This document shows, in pieces, positions 36,101 through 50,382 of a stretch of DNA of 64,000 nt. Both the position numbers and the translations under genes were made by a program. The stretch lies in the NCBI GenBank assembly GCA_904063045.1, contig CAJFCJ010000015.1, forward strand, positions 372,001 through 436,000. The letters are read 5' to 3'. The DNA is from Dimorphilus gyrociliatus (Eukaryota > Animalia > Annelida). The notes beneath the pieces are model-generated. The model was not told the origin of the DNA. It saw only the letters and a program-made list of their open reading frames with translations, and ran no database searches. Position 1 is the first letter of the stretch. Every line of letters begins with the position of its first letter.

Positions 36101-39100
36101 ACTAAAAACAGTCATAGGTTGCGACTGTTAAAACCAAGTTTGACGCTCATTTAAATAAAAAAAATGCCGAATCAACATCTTTATTCAACTCTAGAAAGGA
36201 TTTGTTAAGGTTGTTTGCAGATAAAGTGATTCTCTACATGCTCAATTTTAAATTTCCTGAATGATCTTCAAATAAACTACATTACTTTGTACTAGTTTTC
36301 CATCCTCTCTGTCCTTACTCTTGTTATATCTTAAAAACAATTGGTTACGTTTAGTTGGCTCCTTTATAAATGGATATATATTTTAAAAAAGAAACTAGTT
36401 CGTAACAAGCTAATAAACTTAATATTTTAATATTTAATAACTTTTACGAACAAAGTTAAGATTAAAAGATAGTTAATGAGCCAATTTAGACCCTGGAAAT
36501 ACAAATTTCATGAGAATCTTTACTATTTCTATCGTTCTTTAAAGGGTAAATTATTAATCTTAAAACTTACTAAAAAGTAATTATGAATTTTACTGAAATG
36601 ATATTTTAAACTAAATTAATAATGTCTTTATACTTAAATATATCAGAAAACATAAGTAATATATATATATATACAGTATATATATATAAATTTATATATA
36701 TACTCTCCTGTATATCTATATACACATATTAATGATAAAGAAAATGGTTGGGGTTCCTACTCTTATTAATAAATACCATATTTATTGCCCTAGATAAACT
36801 AGTCAAGTTAATGAAATCGTTTAATAGCAATTTTTTTATCAATTTTTCCACTGTTTTCAACTCAACTTCATATTCTCTCTCTCTCTTTCTCTCTTTCTCT
36901 CTCTCTCTTTTTGATACCCTATTCCCTCTTTCCCAACTGAAATTAACTTTGCAATAAGTTCCAAATGTCTCCTAGGTGTTTTGATAGATATTTTATTAAA
37001 AACCTACATTTTTCTCTGAAAGCTTTAGAGTATTTTGTCATTTTTTTTATTTCTTGATTTTCTTTATCCTTTGCTTCGAGTATTAAATAGTTTCCTTTTA
37101 CCAATCAAAACTGTCGGTTTTATGTCGGAACGCCTAAAAAAGATTAACTGGCTCCTTAGAGCGTTTCTTCTGCACAAAATGCAAATAGATCACCTTTTTA
37201 CAGTTAAAAGAACAATCATTCTTTTTGTTCATTTGAGAGGGGACAGAAGGATGTTTGAGTGAATTCTTCTATAGGCTTAATTATTAGAGATTGACTAAAG
37301 AGACGCTTTTTTATCATAAATGTACAGTTAAGAGGTTTTGCAGCTCGGTAAATTTATATACGCTATACATATCAATTGTCATATATGTATAGTTATTATC
37401 CTGATCTCGTTTTAGTACACGAAATGGGGAACAATAAGAGATATACTGTTATACTGGCCGGAATGGCTAATTATGTTCGCCCTACTGGCTCTCCATCTTT
37501 GTTTAACATTTTTATTGAATGTACCCGGCTGTCCAAAGTGAGTACATGACTTTTCTTCAAAAAAAATAAAGCAATTATATTTTCTTTCCTCCTACCTTTC
37601 AAATTTTTCTCAGAGGATACCTGGGACCTGGAGGATTACACGAAAACTCGAGTTATTGGAATTGTACTGGCGGAGCTGCAGGTTATATAGATAGAAAGCT
37701 GCTTGGCGATAATCATATTTATCAGAGTCCTACAGCGAAAGTAATTTATATAGACGGCGATCTATACTGTAAATCTTTATACCGCAATATATTCCTACAG
37801 GAATTGTACAAGACGACCGTTCCGTACGATCCGGAAGGTATTTTAGGCACGTTCACGTCGATATTTATGTGCTTTCTCGGATTACAGGTTTAATCCTTCT
37901 TCTAGTGTTGTAACAATATGACAATTGTATTCTTTAGTCACTCTACTATTCTCTTTTTTTGTACACTTTATCCCCTTTTTCTTATCTTAACAGGCCGGAA
38001 AAATACTCTTACACTACACGGGCAGGGTGCACAGGATTTCTAGATGGTTGATATGGGCTGTGATCACGGTATGCATTTCTTTTTACATGGTCCAACGCCT
38101 CCTTACTCGAGCCGTGTCTAGTTCAAAGATGGCGTTAATCCGCTTATATTTTGCGTTACTAGTATTGTTTTTATACTTTTTTTTACGCAAATCTATACAA
38201 CAATTTTCTATTTTTCTTCCCTTCCTCTTTCCGTCTTCAAAAAATTCATCAATTTTTTCTAATGATTTTGTCAATAGGGTAATTAGAAAATCTCATTATC
38301 GTCGATAACACTCTCTTCACCCAACTATTTTAACTTATTTAGCCAATCATAAACATTGCGTACCCTTGTTACAGTCTGATTTATTCAAGTGTAATAAGTA
38401 TGTAAATAGTTGCAAGATGCATGAAATATTCCTGTTAGTAACCCGGATTCAATCGAATTAAGTTAATATCAGGACAAAATTCGCCTACTACGTTTTGGGT
38501 CATATAAACTCTATGAATATAGAATGCAATTATATTAGCCTTCCCGATTTTCCTCCAACTAATTTATAAGCAATTTTCATGTCGTACCTCTCTTTAAAAA
38601 TGGCAGTATAAAAATTAATTGGGTAACTCCCTTTTGCTATCATTTCACGGCATTATCACAAAGAATAGCCCTTAATTTCTCTTGGAATTTACGAAAAGGA
38701 GAAGAGAAATGCCTACTCGTATCAATACATACCTTCCATATTGCGTATGGAAGTTTATCAGCTTTAAGGATTAAAGCTTATGCCTCATTTTTGCAATACT
38801 TTCTCTATAACTCATAATAATCGACAAGATTATGCCGCAAGAAAAAATTTCAGATAACAAACATATACTTAATATATTTATAAACATATATTGACTAATA
38901 TATACAGTATATATATATATATAGTGCAATCAGCACGTATAGTAAAATTACGTGTCTATTTCTGGTTCACATGGCCAGTAGAAGAGTGGCAAAAGAAGCG
39001 AAATTAGTTTTACAATATTATAGGCTTTTAACGTAAATTTGCTAGAAATATCTAATCGTTAGTCAAGGGAAGAGGAACAGAATGATTGGTAAATTTTTAG

Positions 39101-39732
39101 ACGTTGATAGATTATCTAATCGAAAAGGTCTTTTCAATTTCATGAGTCTTCATACGAATTGTCTAAATAGTTTTTTAATAAACAATATTTTCATCGTTTA
39201 TTCAATGATTTTATATTTTTTTCCATAGGGAATAATTGGAGGAGGATTGTGCGGTTTCAAGCAATTTGGCGGTGTTATACCTTTGAATAAGAATCTATGG
39301 TCCCTGTCTTTTATTCTCTCGCTGTCCTCCATGGCATACATTCTTTTGATTTTGTTCTATGTTCTTATAGACATTAGTCGCATCTGGTCAGGATCACCGT
39401 TTATTTACCCTGGTAAGCGTCTCTTGTTTAAACAAACTAAACTCTCAACCTAACCACCCACACTATCTCTTTCCTTCCTCCTCTTTACTATTTTCCCCTT
39501 TTTGCTTTATATTTCGTTTCTCTTTTCTATTCTAATGTCAAAATCAATTCGGACAGGAATGAATTCGATAGCCGTCTACGTCTGCCATTCTGTGTTTTCT
39601 AGGTACTTTCCGGTTAGTTGGCAAGTTCCTAACAACCATACAGCACGGATGGCAATGTCAGTTTATGGCTCAGCACTATGGACTATTTTTGCTTATTTTT
39701 TATACTATAAAAAGATTTTCATTAAAATATGA
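30172..39732 (+). CDS. HGSNAT: Heparan-alpha-glucosaminide N-acetyltransferase, 16 coding exons per isoform, 617 aa
   Basis: Exons: 30172-30226, 30293-30513, 30610-30722, 30785-30891, 31726-31795, 31929-31992, 32085-32167, [32950-33057 or 33100-33207], 33772-33917, 34023-34138, 37416-37537, 37614-37740, 37801-37887, 37994-38068, 39229-39412, 39557-39732. Total 1854 nt with one alternative exon. Family motifs: [94 protein letters not shown]. Confidence 0.95.
32950..33057 (+). CDS. HGSNAT: HGSNAT exon 8A (mutually exclusive exon candidate)
   Basis: aaacag acceptor and gtgaga donor, 108 nt, phase 2-2; encodes [35 protein letters not shown](W). Confidence 0.88.
33100..33207 (+). CDS. HGSNAT: HGSNAT exon 8B (mutually exclusive exon candidate)
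   Basis: Poly-T plus atccag acceptor and gtagag donor, 108 nt, phase 2-2; encodes [35 protein letters not shown](W). Confidence 0.88.
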
Positions 39733-41850
39733 TCGTATATATGTATTAATACATATCAAGTAATTGATTATCGTTACTCCCTTGGAAGCTGTTGTATAGC
39801 CAAAAATTGTATATAAAATAACTTTGACGTCATAACAAAAAACACGTGTTTGCAGTATTCACCCTGTTTTCGTTCGATTGCCTATCGTTCCATAAAAACA
39901 CGAGGATTCCAAAACATTCCATAAGATAATTTGTTGAATGACAGCTTTGATATAAACACTTTCTATGCAAAGAATACATTGCCGAGTTGACCTTGCTCAA
40001 TATGGGGGATTATCCCCAGTGATAATCTTACAGGTTGCTCTTTAATTCTTTTAGATAAATAAGTTGGAAAAAACATTTGCAGTAGAGTTTAAACAGTATC
40101 TTTCTTTTATCTATTCAAATATCACTATTACAGCTTTAATAAAAAAACCTATCAAACAAGATCATCGATGTAAATATCACCGGCCATCACCTAATTATGA
40201 GTCTATTGACAAATTTACTAATACCACGTGACCTTACAACTCTGTTTTTTTTTCTTTTACGCCCACTCTGTTTTTTTCAATTTCATACTATAAAAAGACT
40301 AATGACTACAAAGAGATCAATTGGGGATTCGGAAAGTGTCGAAATGCTAAGTTTCTAAGTTAACGAAGGGTGGTAAGGGGAGGGAGTGAAGAAAAACACT
40401 TTTCTTAAGTATTAAATCCTTAGGCCTATTCCTTACTATTTAAAAACTGAAATAAACTTTAAAATCGTATCCCTAGAGATGAAATAAAAAACTGGATCAA
40501 TTATAGAATTGTAGTGCAATTATATATTGCATCATGACAAACGTTCTTCGACATTGCAAAACTCGGGATGTCTTCAAGCGTAAAAAAAAATTTATTGGTA
40601 CTCTTCCCTTTTTTACCATCCATTATCCTTTTTTTTTCATTTATTTTATCTCTGACCAAAGCCAACTAGAATAAGAGTTACTTTTTAATAGGAAATGTCA
40701 CATAGTCCTTTCTTCACTGTCCTATCATGAACTAAACAAGTTTAACACTGTTTACAAATCAGGCTGGGAAAGCACAAAATGATGGAAGGTTTAGCATCCT
40801 TCCACTCTTTTATAATTTAAGAGCGACAGGAAGAGAGCAAGAGTGGGTACCGAAGGGTCAGGAAAAGGAAGAAATTTCATCAGAAATGGGGGATGTAATT
40901 TTCAACAATTCAATGACTAAATACATAGCCTAAGAGGAAAAATCGTGGCAACGGCAAAAAATCGAACAGCCAATATTCACCACTGCTAGATCACATTAAC
41001 GTTTAATGCTCGACGAAAATCCTTCGATCTGTACCGGCCTATAATCCTTTACTGAGCTTTTTCTATCACATCAGCGCCCTTGACCGAAAAAGTATAATTA
41101 TACAACGCTCGTTATATACGCAATATATCGTATAATTAGAGCCGCGTTTTCGGTATCCGGCAATCAAAAAAAATTCCCTCTCGTTCACGGTTTTAATGAG
41201 AAAACGGTTCAAAGGATTACGGAAGAAATTTCTAACAGCTCCTTCAACTGCAACAAAGCTCCTTGTAAAAATAAATCATAACAAATATGTCTCATATAAG
41301 TGAGCATCTTAAAGCAATTAATTCATCTATATATCATATATAGGGCATAATGTCGAATACAGTCTATATTATATATTTTGGATGCGAGAATAGTAAAAAG
41401 ATGGAGTGAAGGAAAAGAGAGAGTGAGTGAGTGAGCGTATTTATCTATACATTATTACTTATAAAAAAGTATTTCTAAATATAGGTATTGGCATTGATAT
41501 GGATATAAAGGCTAACAGTTTCCTTTTAAGCTCATCTTTCCCTTTCTTTCTACCTGTCTGACTGCATTTTTTTTAACCAAAAGTATTTGGCCCCATAGGA
41601 ATTGATAGTATGGTCTTAATAGTACGCAAATTACCTACTCTTCTATCTAAATCTACACCACATTTTAGCAGAATCTCTATTAGGTAACGTGATTTTTCGA
41701 CTCTAAGAAATGTAACGCTATGGCTACATAAAAGAATTGAATAACCCCCTATTCATCTTGGCCTGAACTCAGGAATACTGTAGTAAATTAAGTTACTTGT
41801 CTAGCCGATTGGAAATTTATGCGTCGCTCCGCTTTATCATTTCATACAAT

Positions 41851-41853
<3 letters not shown>

Positions 41854-41891
<38 letters not shown>
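41854..41891. repeat. (TA)n microsatellite
   Basis: Perfect TA run ending in TACTGTA at 41891-41897. Confidence 0.9.
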
Positions 41892-41893
<2 letters not shown>

Positions 41894-43120
41894 TGTATAT
41901 ATTCTGTATTTCTATATATTAAGAAAAAGACAAATTGATGGTTAGTCAGTCATATACACTAGCCGAAAATGAAAAAGAGGATCGCTGCATCTTGACTTTA
42001 GTCATGAACTGTAAATATGGATCTATGAGAATTCCTTGCTTATTTCTATTTATGTATTTGCCAACGTAAAGCAAATATAAGAATTTTATTAATTAAATGA
42101 ATTCATATTTTTTATCATTATTGCTAATTTTAAAGACGAAAAAGTTGACAAGATAATATTGATAATGTATCAGTGATAATGATAATAATTTAAAAAGATA
42201 GGCATTTTTTTTATTATAATCTATAACTATAAATGACAAACATCAAAATTTAATATTATACGTAGAGATAAACAACATAAAGAAAGGGTTAAGGGGAAGA
42301 CGCAGACAGAAAAAGGGAGATAGTCAGTCAGCTTGATGGAAAGATGGAAAAAAACGGAGAAAAGAGACTGAGAGAGAGATAGGGAGAAGAGAATGAAGGT
42401 TGGGGGCAAGAACAAAGCTACTTAAGACTTATGTACATCTCCGCATGTTTCCTATCGTTTTTCAGCTCGCCCTCCCAACGAGAAAAAGTCGCTTTATTCC
42501 GAAATTTATACTATGGACTATGTGTAATAGATCTGTTGGATATAGAGTAAAAAGTTGGACAGCCAGTCAAATTAACACTATTCATACGATCTATTTATAG
42601 ATTTTTTCAAAGACTTGTTTGTTTAGAGAGGTAATAAGTATAAATGTAAAAAATATTGACAAGAATATAACTTTATGAACCTTCATTTGGATTACTATAT
42701 TGCTATACATATGCGCTTATAAATGGGAATGACTAAATCTTGTGAAGAACAATATCGAAAGAAAATATTAAGTTGCTTATTCTTCTGCGTGATTTGGCTC
42801 AGTATTGTGCTTATGGACGCATCAAATTTTACGCTCTGGTATAATTTGAATAACAAAGTGTCGCATGAGTTGTTTTCTTGTTCACATAGTATTCGATGGA
42901 ATATCTAAAGCGTCGAATAGAAATAATAGGCCTATGAAAAAACGGCGTTTTTATTGTGCGTAAAAATTGATTTGATCGACCGATAAGTGGCAACATATTG
43001 TGCAAAAATTCTCATTTAGCTAATTAAAAATTTTTCATTGGTTGAAGTCAATTTGTATATTTTGTAAAATTTTTTAGTTCATTAATTAAAAAACAAGTTT
43101 CCGTTGTTGAAAGAGGAATT

Positions 43121-45225
43121 ATGAAATTGTATTCGTTTTTAACAATAGTAGGCATTTTTATCCGATTAAACGGTAAGGAAAACGAAATTGAGCAATTATA
43201 AACATTAATAATATTAAATAAAATCTATCTTATAATCTTCCATATAGCTTATCAATTTAATTATAAAAAGGAAGGTTCGTATTAATTATCCGCTGTTTCT
43301 TTTTCCTTTATTTCTTTCCCTCAATCTATCATTCTCGTTTGGCCTCTCTCTCTCTCTCTCTCTTTTTCGTCCCTCATTCTATCTCTTTTCTTTCCCTTCT
43401 TGTATATGTATTCGATTTTCCTTTGTTTTACGTTAAAATGAAGTTTGTCTTATGCCTGTTTAAAGAATATTATACGGTATATTCTCTATATGTTTATAAA
43501 TCTTTAATGTTATGGATTTTCCTTTTTTCCCCTTTCCGCTATTCTATTTGTATATTCCATTCAAATTAAAAGTTATCCCTTTATTAATACATATTTATAT
43601 GTTTTTATTAAAAATAAAACAGGATCCGATTGGAAAGGAACCTGTGCGAATGGTGAGAAGCAATCACCAATAAATATTAAAGAGGAGGAAGCTTTTAATC
43701 TTCAAACTCCTCCTTTAAAATTTCACAATATTAAAAAGTACTTGAAGGGTTCAAGATTGATTAATAATGGAAAAACTGGTTAGTAAAAATAATATTAATA
43801 GCAGATTAATTACTATTTTGAAATTAGAACAATGCTGGCTCAGTATCAAATTTTTTATTCAACTTGATAAAATAGAATTAGTGAGATAAAAACGAAACGT
43901 GTCATTCATTGAACTCTTTTGTTACCTTATGTTCGCTTGATTAGTCATGTATAAATAATAAATATGGCGTCTCTCTTTCAAAAAAAAAAAATCGCCATTA
44001 GGAATAGAAAAAAATTTTTTAAGTAAAGTGACAGAGGTTAAATGCTTTTTCACCGCTTACTTCCGGCTTTTGGTTAAGCGTTTTAAGAGGCGTCTAATAC
44101 GAATGCAGTATATAACATATAAATCCGTTCGATATATGTTTATATTATTTAGATATAATCTAAAAGAAGAACACGCTATCTTCCTTTTAGTATTCGATTT
44201 CTTGTTCCTTAATTATGAATAATATTGATAATTATTTGTTATTAACTAATTAATTCCATTAATTTTCAGTTCGAATACATAATCAATTAGAATTTTTCCA
44301 TATATCGAATGGTGGTCTTCCTGGAAAATACAGTATTAAATACATTGATTTTCATTGGGGCAAAGGTAAAGGAAGAGGGTCTGAGCATCGTCTTTCCGGA
44401 ATCTCATCCGATATGGAGGTAACAGTTTCATATATTACTTTATAAATACGTATATACCGTACGCTAGAGTACATATCTATATGTATCTTATGCTATAAGT
44501 CTATAATAATATATTGCATATGCCAGTTGATGATATTTTAATGGTAAACATAAAACGCATATATACTATATACACAGTATTTACTGATTGTAATATACTG
44601 CTGTAATATAGCCTATACGGAATTTACTTTAGCTTTTGTACTATATTCTCTTCCTTTGGGGAAACAGATGCAAATTGTTGCTACAAAAATCGGAGGAAAA
44701 GTAAAGGATCTCAATTACTATGCCATCTTCGCCTTCTTATTCGAGGTTTTTTATTATTAACCGAATTGTGTAAACGAATCTAATTATAAATATAGTTATT
44801 TATACATATATATTCTAGGCATTTCCTGGTACCGCTAACGATCTACCTGGAGCGCTGCTCGACGCCTTTAAAAATGTAAAGCAAGTTGGAAAAAGTAGAT
44901 TGATATCGCCTATAACATTTAAATGGTTGATTGGTAAACAATTGGGAGAGTTTTATAGGTATAAAGGTAGTTTAACATCTCCCCCATGCTCTGAGAATGC
45001 TATTTGGACAATATTTAGAAAGAAACGACGTATTTCCCTTTTTATAGTAAGTGTGAATAGTGATTTTTTGCCTTTCATTTAGTTGATTTGTTACTCTAAT
45101 TCTGTTTTATTTTTTAGAAAAAAGTGCTTAATTCTATTCAATTAAAGAAGCACGAAGTTGCCAATTTTAGAAAAATTCAACCCTTGAATGGTAGAAAAGT
45201 CTATAAAAGAGTCAAAAAACGATAA
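43121..45225 (+). CDS. Secreted alpha-carbonic-anhydrase-related protein, predicted acatalytic, 6 exons, 256 aa
   Basis: Exons: 43121-43172, 43623-43778, 44270-44418, 44668-44745, 44819-45046, 45118-45225 (771 nt). Signal-like N-terminus; motifs CANGEKQSPINI, NNGKTV, GGLPGKY, DFHWG, GSEH, YRYKGSLTSPPCSE and NFRKIQPLNGRKV. Confidence 0.88.
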
Positions 45226-48200
45226 AAGTATTGCCATCTTATCTATTGTCACCTTATAATAGTAAATATGTTTGTTTTATTAAATGTACACGTTTCCTTT
45301 TGGCATGAAAATATTAATTTTTCAACTTAGATATCCAAAGTTATTCTACTGTGTATAATCCCTTTGTAATGAAATTCTTATTTAAATATCAATATCAAAG
45401 CCAATAATTGACTTGGAATTTTATTCCATATGTGAATCCTCTAATTCCTTATTCGTCCGTTTTTTCCTTCCTCCCACTTTCATTCCTCTTTATATTCTTT
45501 TCTGCTCTTACTCCATTTTTTTTAGTTTCAATCCTTTTTTCTTCGTCTTTTGTTTCTTTATTTTCTTAAAAGGAACTCTGGTCTTTTTTGTCTTTTCTAT
45601 TGAATAAATCATTCCAGTCAATGTATAATCAAATTTACATGAATTTCTCTCTTTGTTTGTTCATCAAAGAGGTAAAAAAAAAAATTTACATATATAAAAA
45701 ATATATTCACAAATAATAAGAGATACAATAATGAATGAATCTTGTTTCTCTTCCGTTAAAAAATACAAAATAAAACTACTGCAAATAAATTATATTTACT
45801 GTAAATTTTTCTAAAAATAAATACTGCTAAAAGTTGTATCGGTTGAGTTGCCGAGAAATTTTTTACCGGATATTGATTGTAGCCGAAAAGAATTTAGTTA
45901 ATGTAAACACGTTGTTGCTGTAGGCGACTGCAATGTGTAGGGTTAGTGAGAGGTTCTTGTATTTCGACTCTAAATTGTTGTTTTCCTATACAGTTTTAAC
46001 CAATTATCTTATACAAATCGAGTGTTTGGCCTACGGTTAAACGTTTGCAACATCCTTCTTCGTTTTTAATTAAAAGTATAAAGTTGTCAGTTATTTCCCT
46101 TCCTGTAATTAATCAGAGTTCCATCTAATGATATCGTATAGGCCTAAGCCCATAATTTTGTACGTACAACTCTAACCTGTTTATTGTTGAGAACACAATA
46201 ATATGTCTCACTTTTCCACTAACGAGTTTTATTCAGCAATTATATATTTCTTGTTTTTCCTAAGATACCTACATTTTCTATTAAGTATTTGTAATTGTAA
46301 ACGTTTTCCCACTTCATTCATACATTTACGTAATAGGCTTAAATTTTTTCCACGTAGTTAGCGTGCTAAAACAAATTATGCTCACCCCCAGCTGGTTAAT
46401 TAGCGTATTGCTACTTTACGCAAAAGATCCTTTTCTCAAACCGTAAATTTTTCTTTTCATATTCTCTATTCTCTGGCCTTTCCCTCCCCCGCCTTTTTTC
46501 GAGTCATTGTTGCTACTACCCTTTCCCTTCTAAATTTCACTCTCATACAACCTCCTCCCCTAAGTATACTCTTCTTTCCTTCTATTCTTTCACTCCTTTT
46601 ATATCTTCATTAATCTTTTGGCTAAGCAACTCAAGTACATTCTGGACTTGAAAGAACAAGATATAGAAATAAAAACTCTTTTACTCCATCCTATCAGGCA
46701 TTACGATTCTTATCGAACGGAATAAATGTAAATTTACATTGCCGATTAACCGTACATTTGATACTTGTATTAAAGCTTTTATATAGATAAATACACACAT
46801 TAAGCTCTAAAGTGTATTATTTAAATAATATACTCAACAGTAGTTTGTACTTAATTAGCAACCTATTAATTGAAGTATTTATTGATTCAATGAAAAAAAG
46901 GTTTTTGAGTATATAGTATATTTTATCTAAATAAATAAACATATATACAGTATATATATATATGATATATCTATATATACACTATATCTTTATGAGTATA
47001 TACAGTATATAATATGTTTCCTTGTTTCATAATTATCAAGTTTATAAAGTCAATCGAAGACTTTAGAAAGTGAAGGTGTTCACGAAGTCTATAGTTAGTG
47101 ACCGACCTAATAATTCGAACTCCAAGAATCTATATTCAATTACGAATTGCAAAAGGACACACTTAATTAATTCGTGAAACCACCACAGAAAATTTATTGC
47201 AGAAAGCGTTTCAATTAAGCAGACAAAAAAGATAAATAGACGCTTTTAATCGCTTTCCGCGCAGACACGGAAATAGAGTAGAAAAAAGGCGCAGCTGAAT
47301 CGATCGTATTAAATCCGCGAAATCATTGCCATTCCATAAGATACACTCTGGGAAGAAATTTGATTAGCAGCGACACCTGGTGAAGAATTTCTTTTAAGGA
47401 ATATCTGAGAGACGGTCGCACTATTTGTTTTTGTTAGTTGGATGGATTGACCGTCTTTGCGCATGCGGGGAAGCAGCAGGAAATGTTGCTCTACAAATGG
47501 AATATACTTCACGTGACTGGGCGTCATTAGGCCATGAATACGTGAGAGACGCTGATTTCGAAGCCCGCGTCATTTATCATTCGGCCTATCGGTTGCCAAT
47601 AGCCGAAGCAGGGGCTTGGGAAGAGACGCTTTCATGTCGGGCGTCATCCTTAAGCACGTTTACTCCGTATACAGCCTTGATGCGCCGTAATGAAGTTTGA
47701 GTACTGCAATTCGCTGGGCTTTCTACAGCAACCTACTACAAGCGCCCGCTGATAAATGAATTTAGTTTTTGGTCACGTGATATTATTTTTTTTAACTTTT
47801 TCCACGCCTATTATTTAAGTGCGCTCTGAAGAGAAACTTGTTGCTCATTTAAAAAACTGTAGTATAAACTGACTACAGAGAAAAGTCGTATAAACTTACA
47901 GTATAGCATTACGTAACGTTTAGGCAGTATTTGTAACGAATACAGAAATATAGGTGTATAGTGGCACATGCATGATTTAATATAGGAAAGGAGAACTTTC
48001 AACTAAATCAATTTCATGCTGACGCGCTCGTCGATCGTGACGAAAAATTCATCTTAACCAGTTATAAATAATTTATATATTTATAGTATTATATCAAATA
48101 GGCTTATAGTCGACGAGTTTCTTATAACAAATATTTTCCAAAAACTCAATGACTGTAAGTATTAAAAGTCTAGAAAATTAAAGAATAGAGGTGTGTAAGG

Positions 48201-49638
48201 GGAGACGGTTACATATGCTCTAAATTCTCCCCTTATACAGGCTCTCGATATACAAGATGAGATAAGGAAAAGTGATTTTATTCCGGTCTTTTGATCCTTG
48301 GAAACTCGTCACCTCTCCTTTAGAACAAGTATAATACGATGGTGTTTATATTTGTAAGGAAGCAAAAATGGTTATGTTGATTCCCTAGGAACTCTTTTAA
48401 CAAAATCAATTACAAAAAAGTATTTATAGATATATAAATTTTAATTTCTCTCTTTATATAAATAAATACATTGTATTGTTAAGATATATTTATACTTTTC
48501 GTATTGTTTCTTTACTTAAATAAGCAAATACATCATTTCTATCTTATATAACATTTCTTTTATAATTATTTAATTAGCATATGCAAAAATGTGAACGACT
48601 GACGTAATTTCTATTAAGAATTAATTAAGCGTTTGATCAAGTATGTTTTAGTATCTAATTGATATACAATTCTATTTTCTATCTTACAATACTACACCGG
48701 CCAAACTGCAACTTAATCATTAGAATCCCAAAGGATTACTCTTTTGCAGTAGAAAACAAAAAACTAAATGAAATCAAATTACACACTAGTGAATTGTAAC
48801 CTTGCGTCGAGAATGCAAAAGATTTCCATCGTGATAACTGAATTTACTTTCGGTTACATGTCTTTTCTTTATTATTTCCTTTGTTCGGTCATCATCCACT
48901 CATGACTAGAGTATAACTCTCTCAGTCTCTCTCTCTCCCTCTCTCTTCTTACCATCGTAGAAGAAAAGAGATTAGCTAATTTCCCCTTTTCGCCTATGAA
49001 ATGACATACTTGGATGATTGATGATTTTTAGTCATTCACTAGTCTGTCAAATGAATGAGTATAGAGGTGGGGAGGAGAGTGACGAAAAGAAGCGATTGTG
49101 ATAGCAATAACGAAGGATTTTTCAATAACACATCTATGCCGCTTTGTTCGTTAGTCTATAGCTTTTTTTCTTTGCTAAAAATACAGTATAATATAATAAT
49201 AAGACTAGTGGAAAGAAATGGGAACGAGGGGGATTTATTTTTGAGGATACTTTTTTTTCGCTCTTTCTATCAAAATTTACTGGAATTAGATTCGGAAGAG
49301 CCCCACAATGAAACTCTTCTATATTAGATTTTTTACGATTTATCATTCCTTCTGATTTGTAATATTTTCCTCCTCTTCTTTCCTTTGAAGGTAAAAACAG
49401 AAGAAAAATAGAATTAAATCAAAATTGTCACAGGTGCGCTCTGACCGAACATCTCACTACACCGCAATCCAATTTGTCAAACGCGAATCGACTGCATGCT
49501 ATATACATTCTCGATTTCTTCACCCTGATAATCCGCTTCTTAGCCTTTGCTAATTCATTTAAAGTCAGCCTGAAGGAAAGTAGACAGATATCACACCAAA
49601 AAGCGAGAATGAAGAATGAAGGAAAGATAGATAGATCA

Positions 49639-49644
<6 letters not shown>

Positions 49645-49677
<33 letters not shown>
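49645..49677. repeat. (AG)n microsatellite
   Basis: Perfect AG run downstream of the 5-HT7 stop codon, possibly within its 3' UTR. Confidence 0.85.
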
Positions 49678-49681
<4 letters not shown>

Positions 49682-50382
49682 TTGCATAAAAGTACAGGAA
49701 TACATAGTACAAAAAGAAAGGAAAAGAATGATAACAGATATGTAGATAAACTGAGAGAAAGAATACTCAGGAAACAATAACAATAATAATAATAATTAAA
49801 GGAAAAGATATAAAAAAAAAGAGAAGATTAGATAGATGAAGGAAAATTACCAGCAGGAAAAAAACAGATAATGTAAATTTTAACTATTCTAAACACACGA
49901 TTACGTAAGAAAGAGAGATTTTCGCGTGTATAGAGATGTTTAAAAAAAAAAAGTACATATAGGCCTATAAAAAGATCACTAACGCAACTTTTCCAACAAT
50001 TGTATATAAATATATAAAGTTTTCTCATGTTTTTTTTTTCTATACTTTGATTTTTTTTAAAAAATAAAAACATTTACAGGTAAATTTGTTTTGAGTATTA
50101 TAAAGAGATTTCTTTTGAATATGGCATTATCCACGTCCCAGGCAAAAAAGATTGCTTGCAAATAATATGCAAATTGGCAAGAACCATACAGGAAGACCGT
50201 TTCGTTTACTTTTATTTTTTTGCTGTTCCGCCCCTCCCCTTCTTTTCCGTAACCTTTCAGAGAAATAGCAGAGAATACCTCTTCTTTTGGAGATGCACGT
50301 ACAGTACATATAATTTATATATATATATTACTGTGTAAGCGTATACTGTTTGTAAAATTACACAATAAGAAAATTAACCATG

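Noticed and set aside
47309-47700. ORFs 47425..47700 (+) and 47309..47527 (-) as protein-coding genes
   Set aside because: Short, non-ATG or weak starts, no domain similarity; the higher GC content alone explains the open frames.
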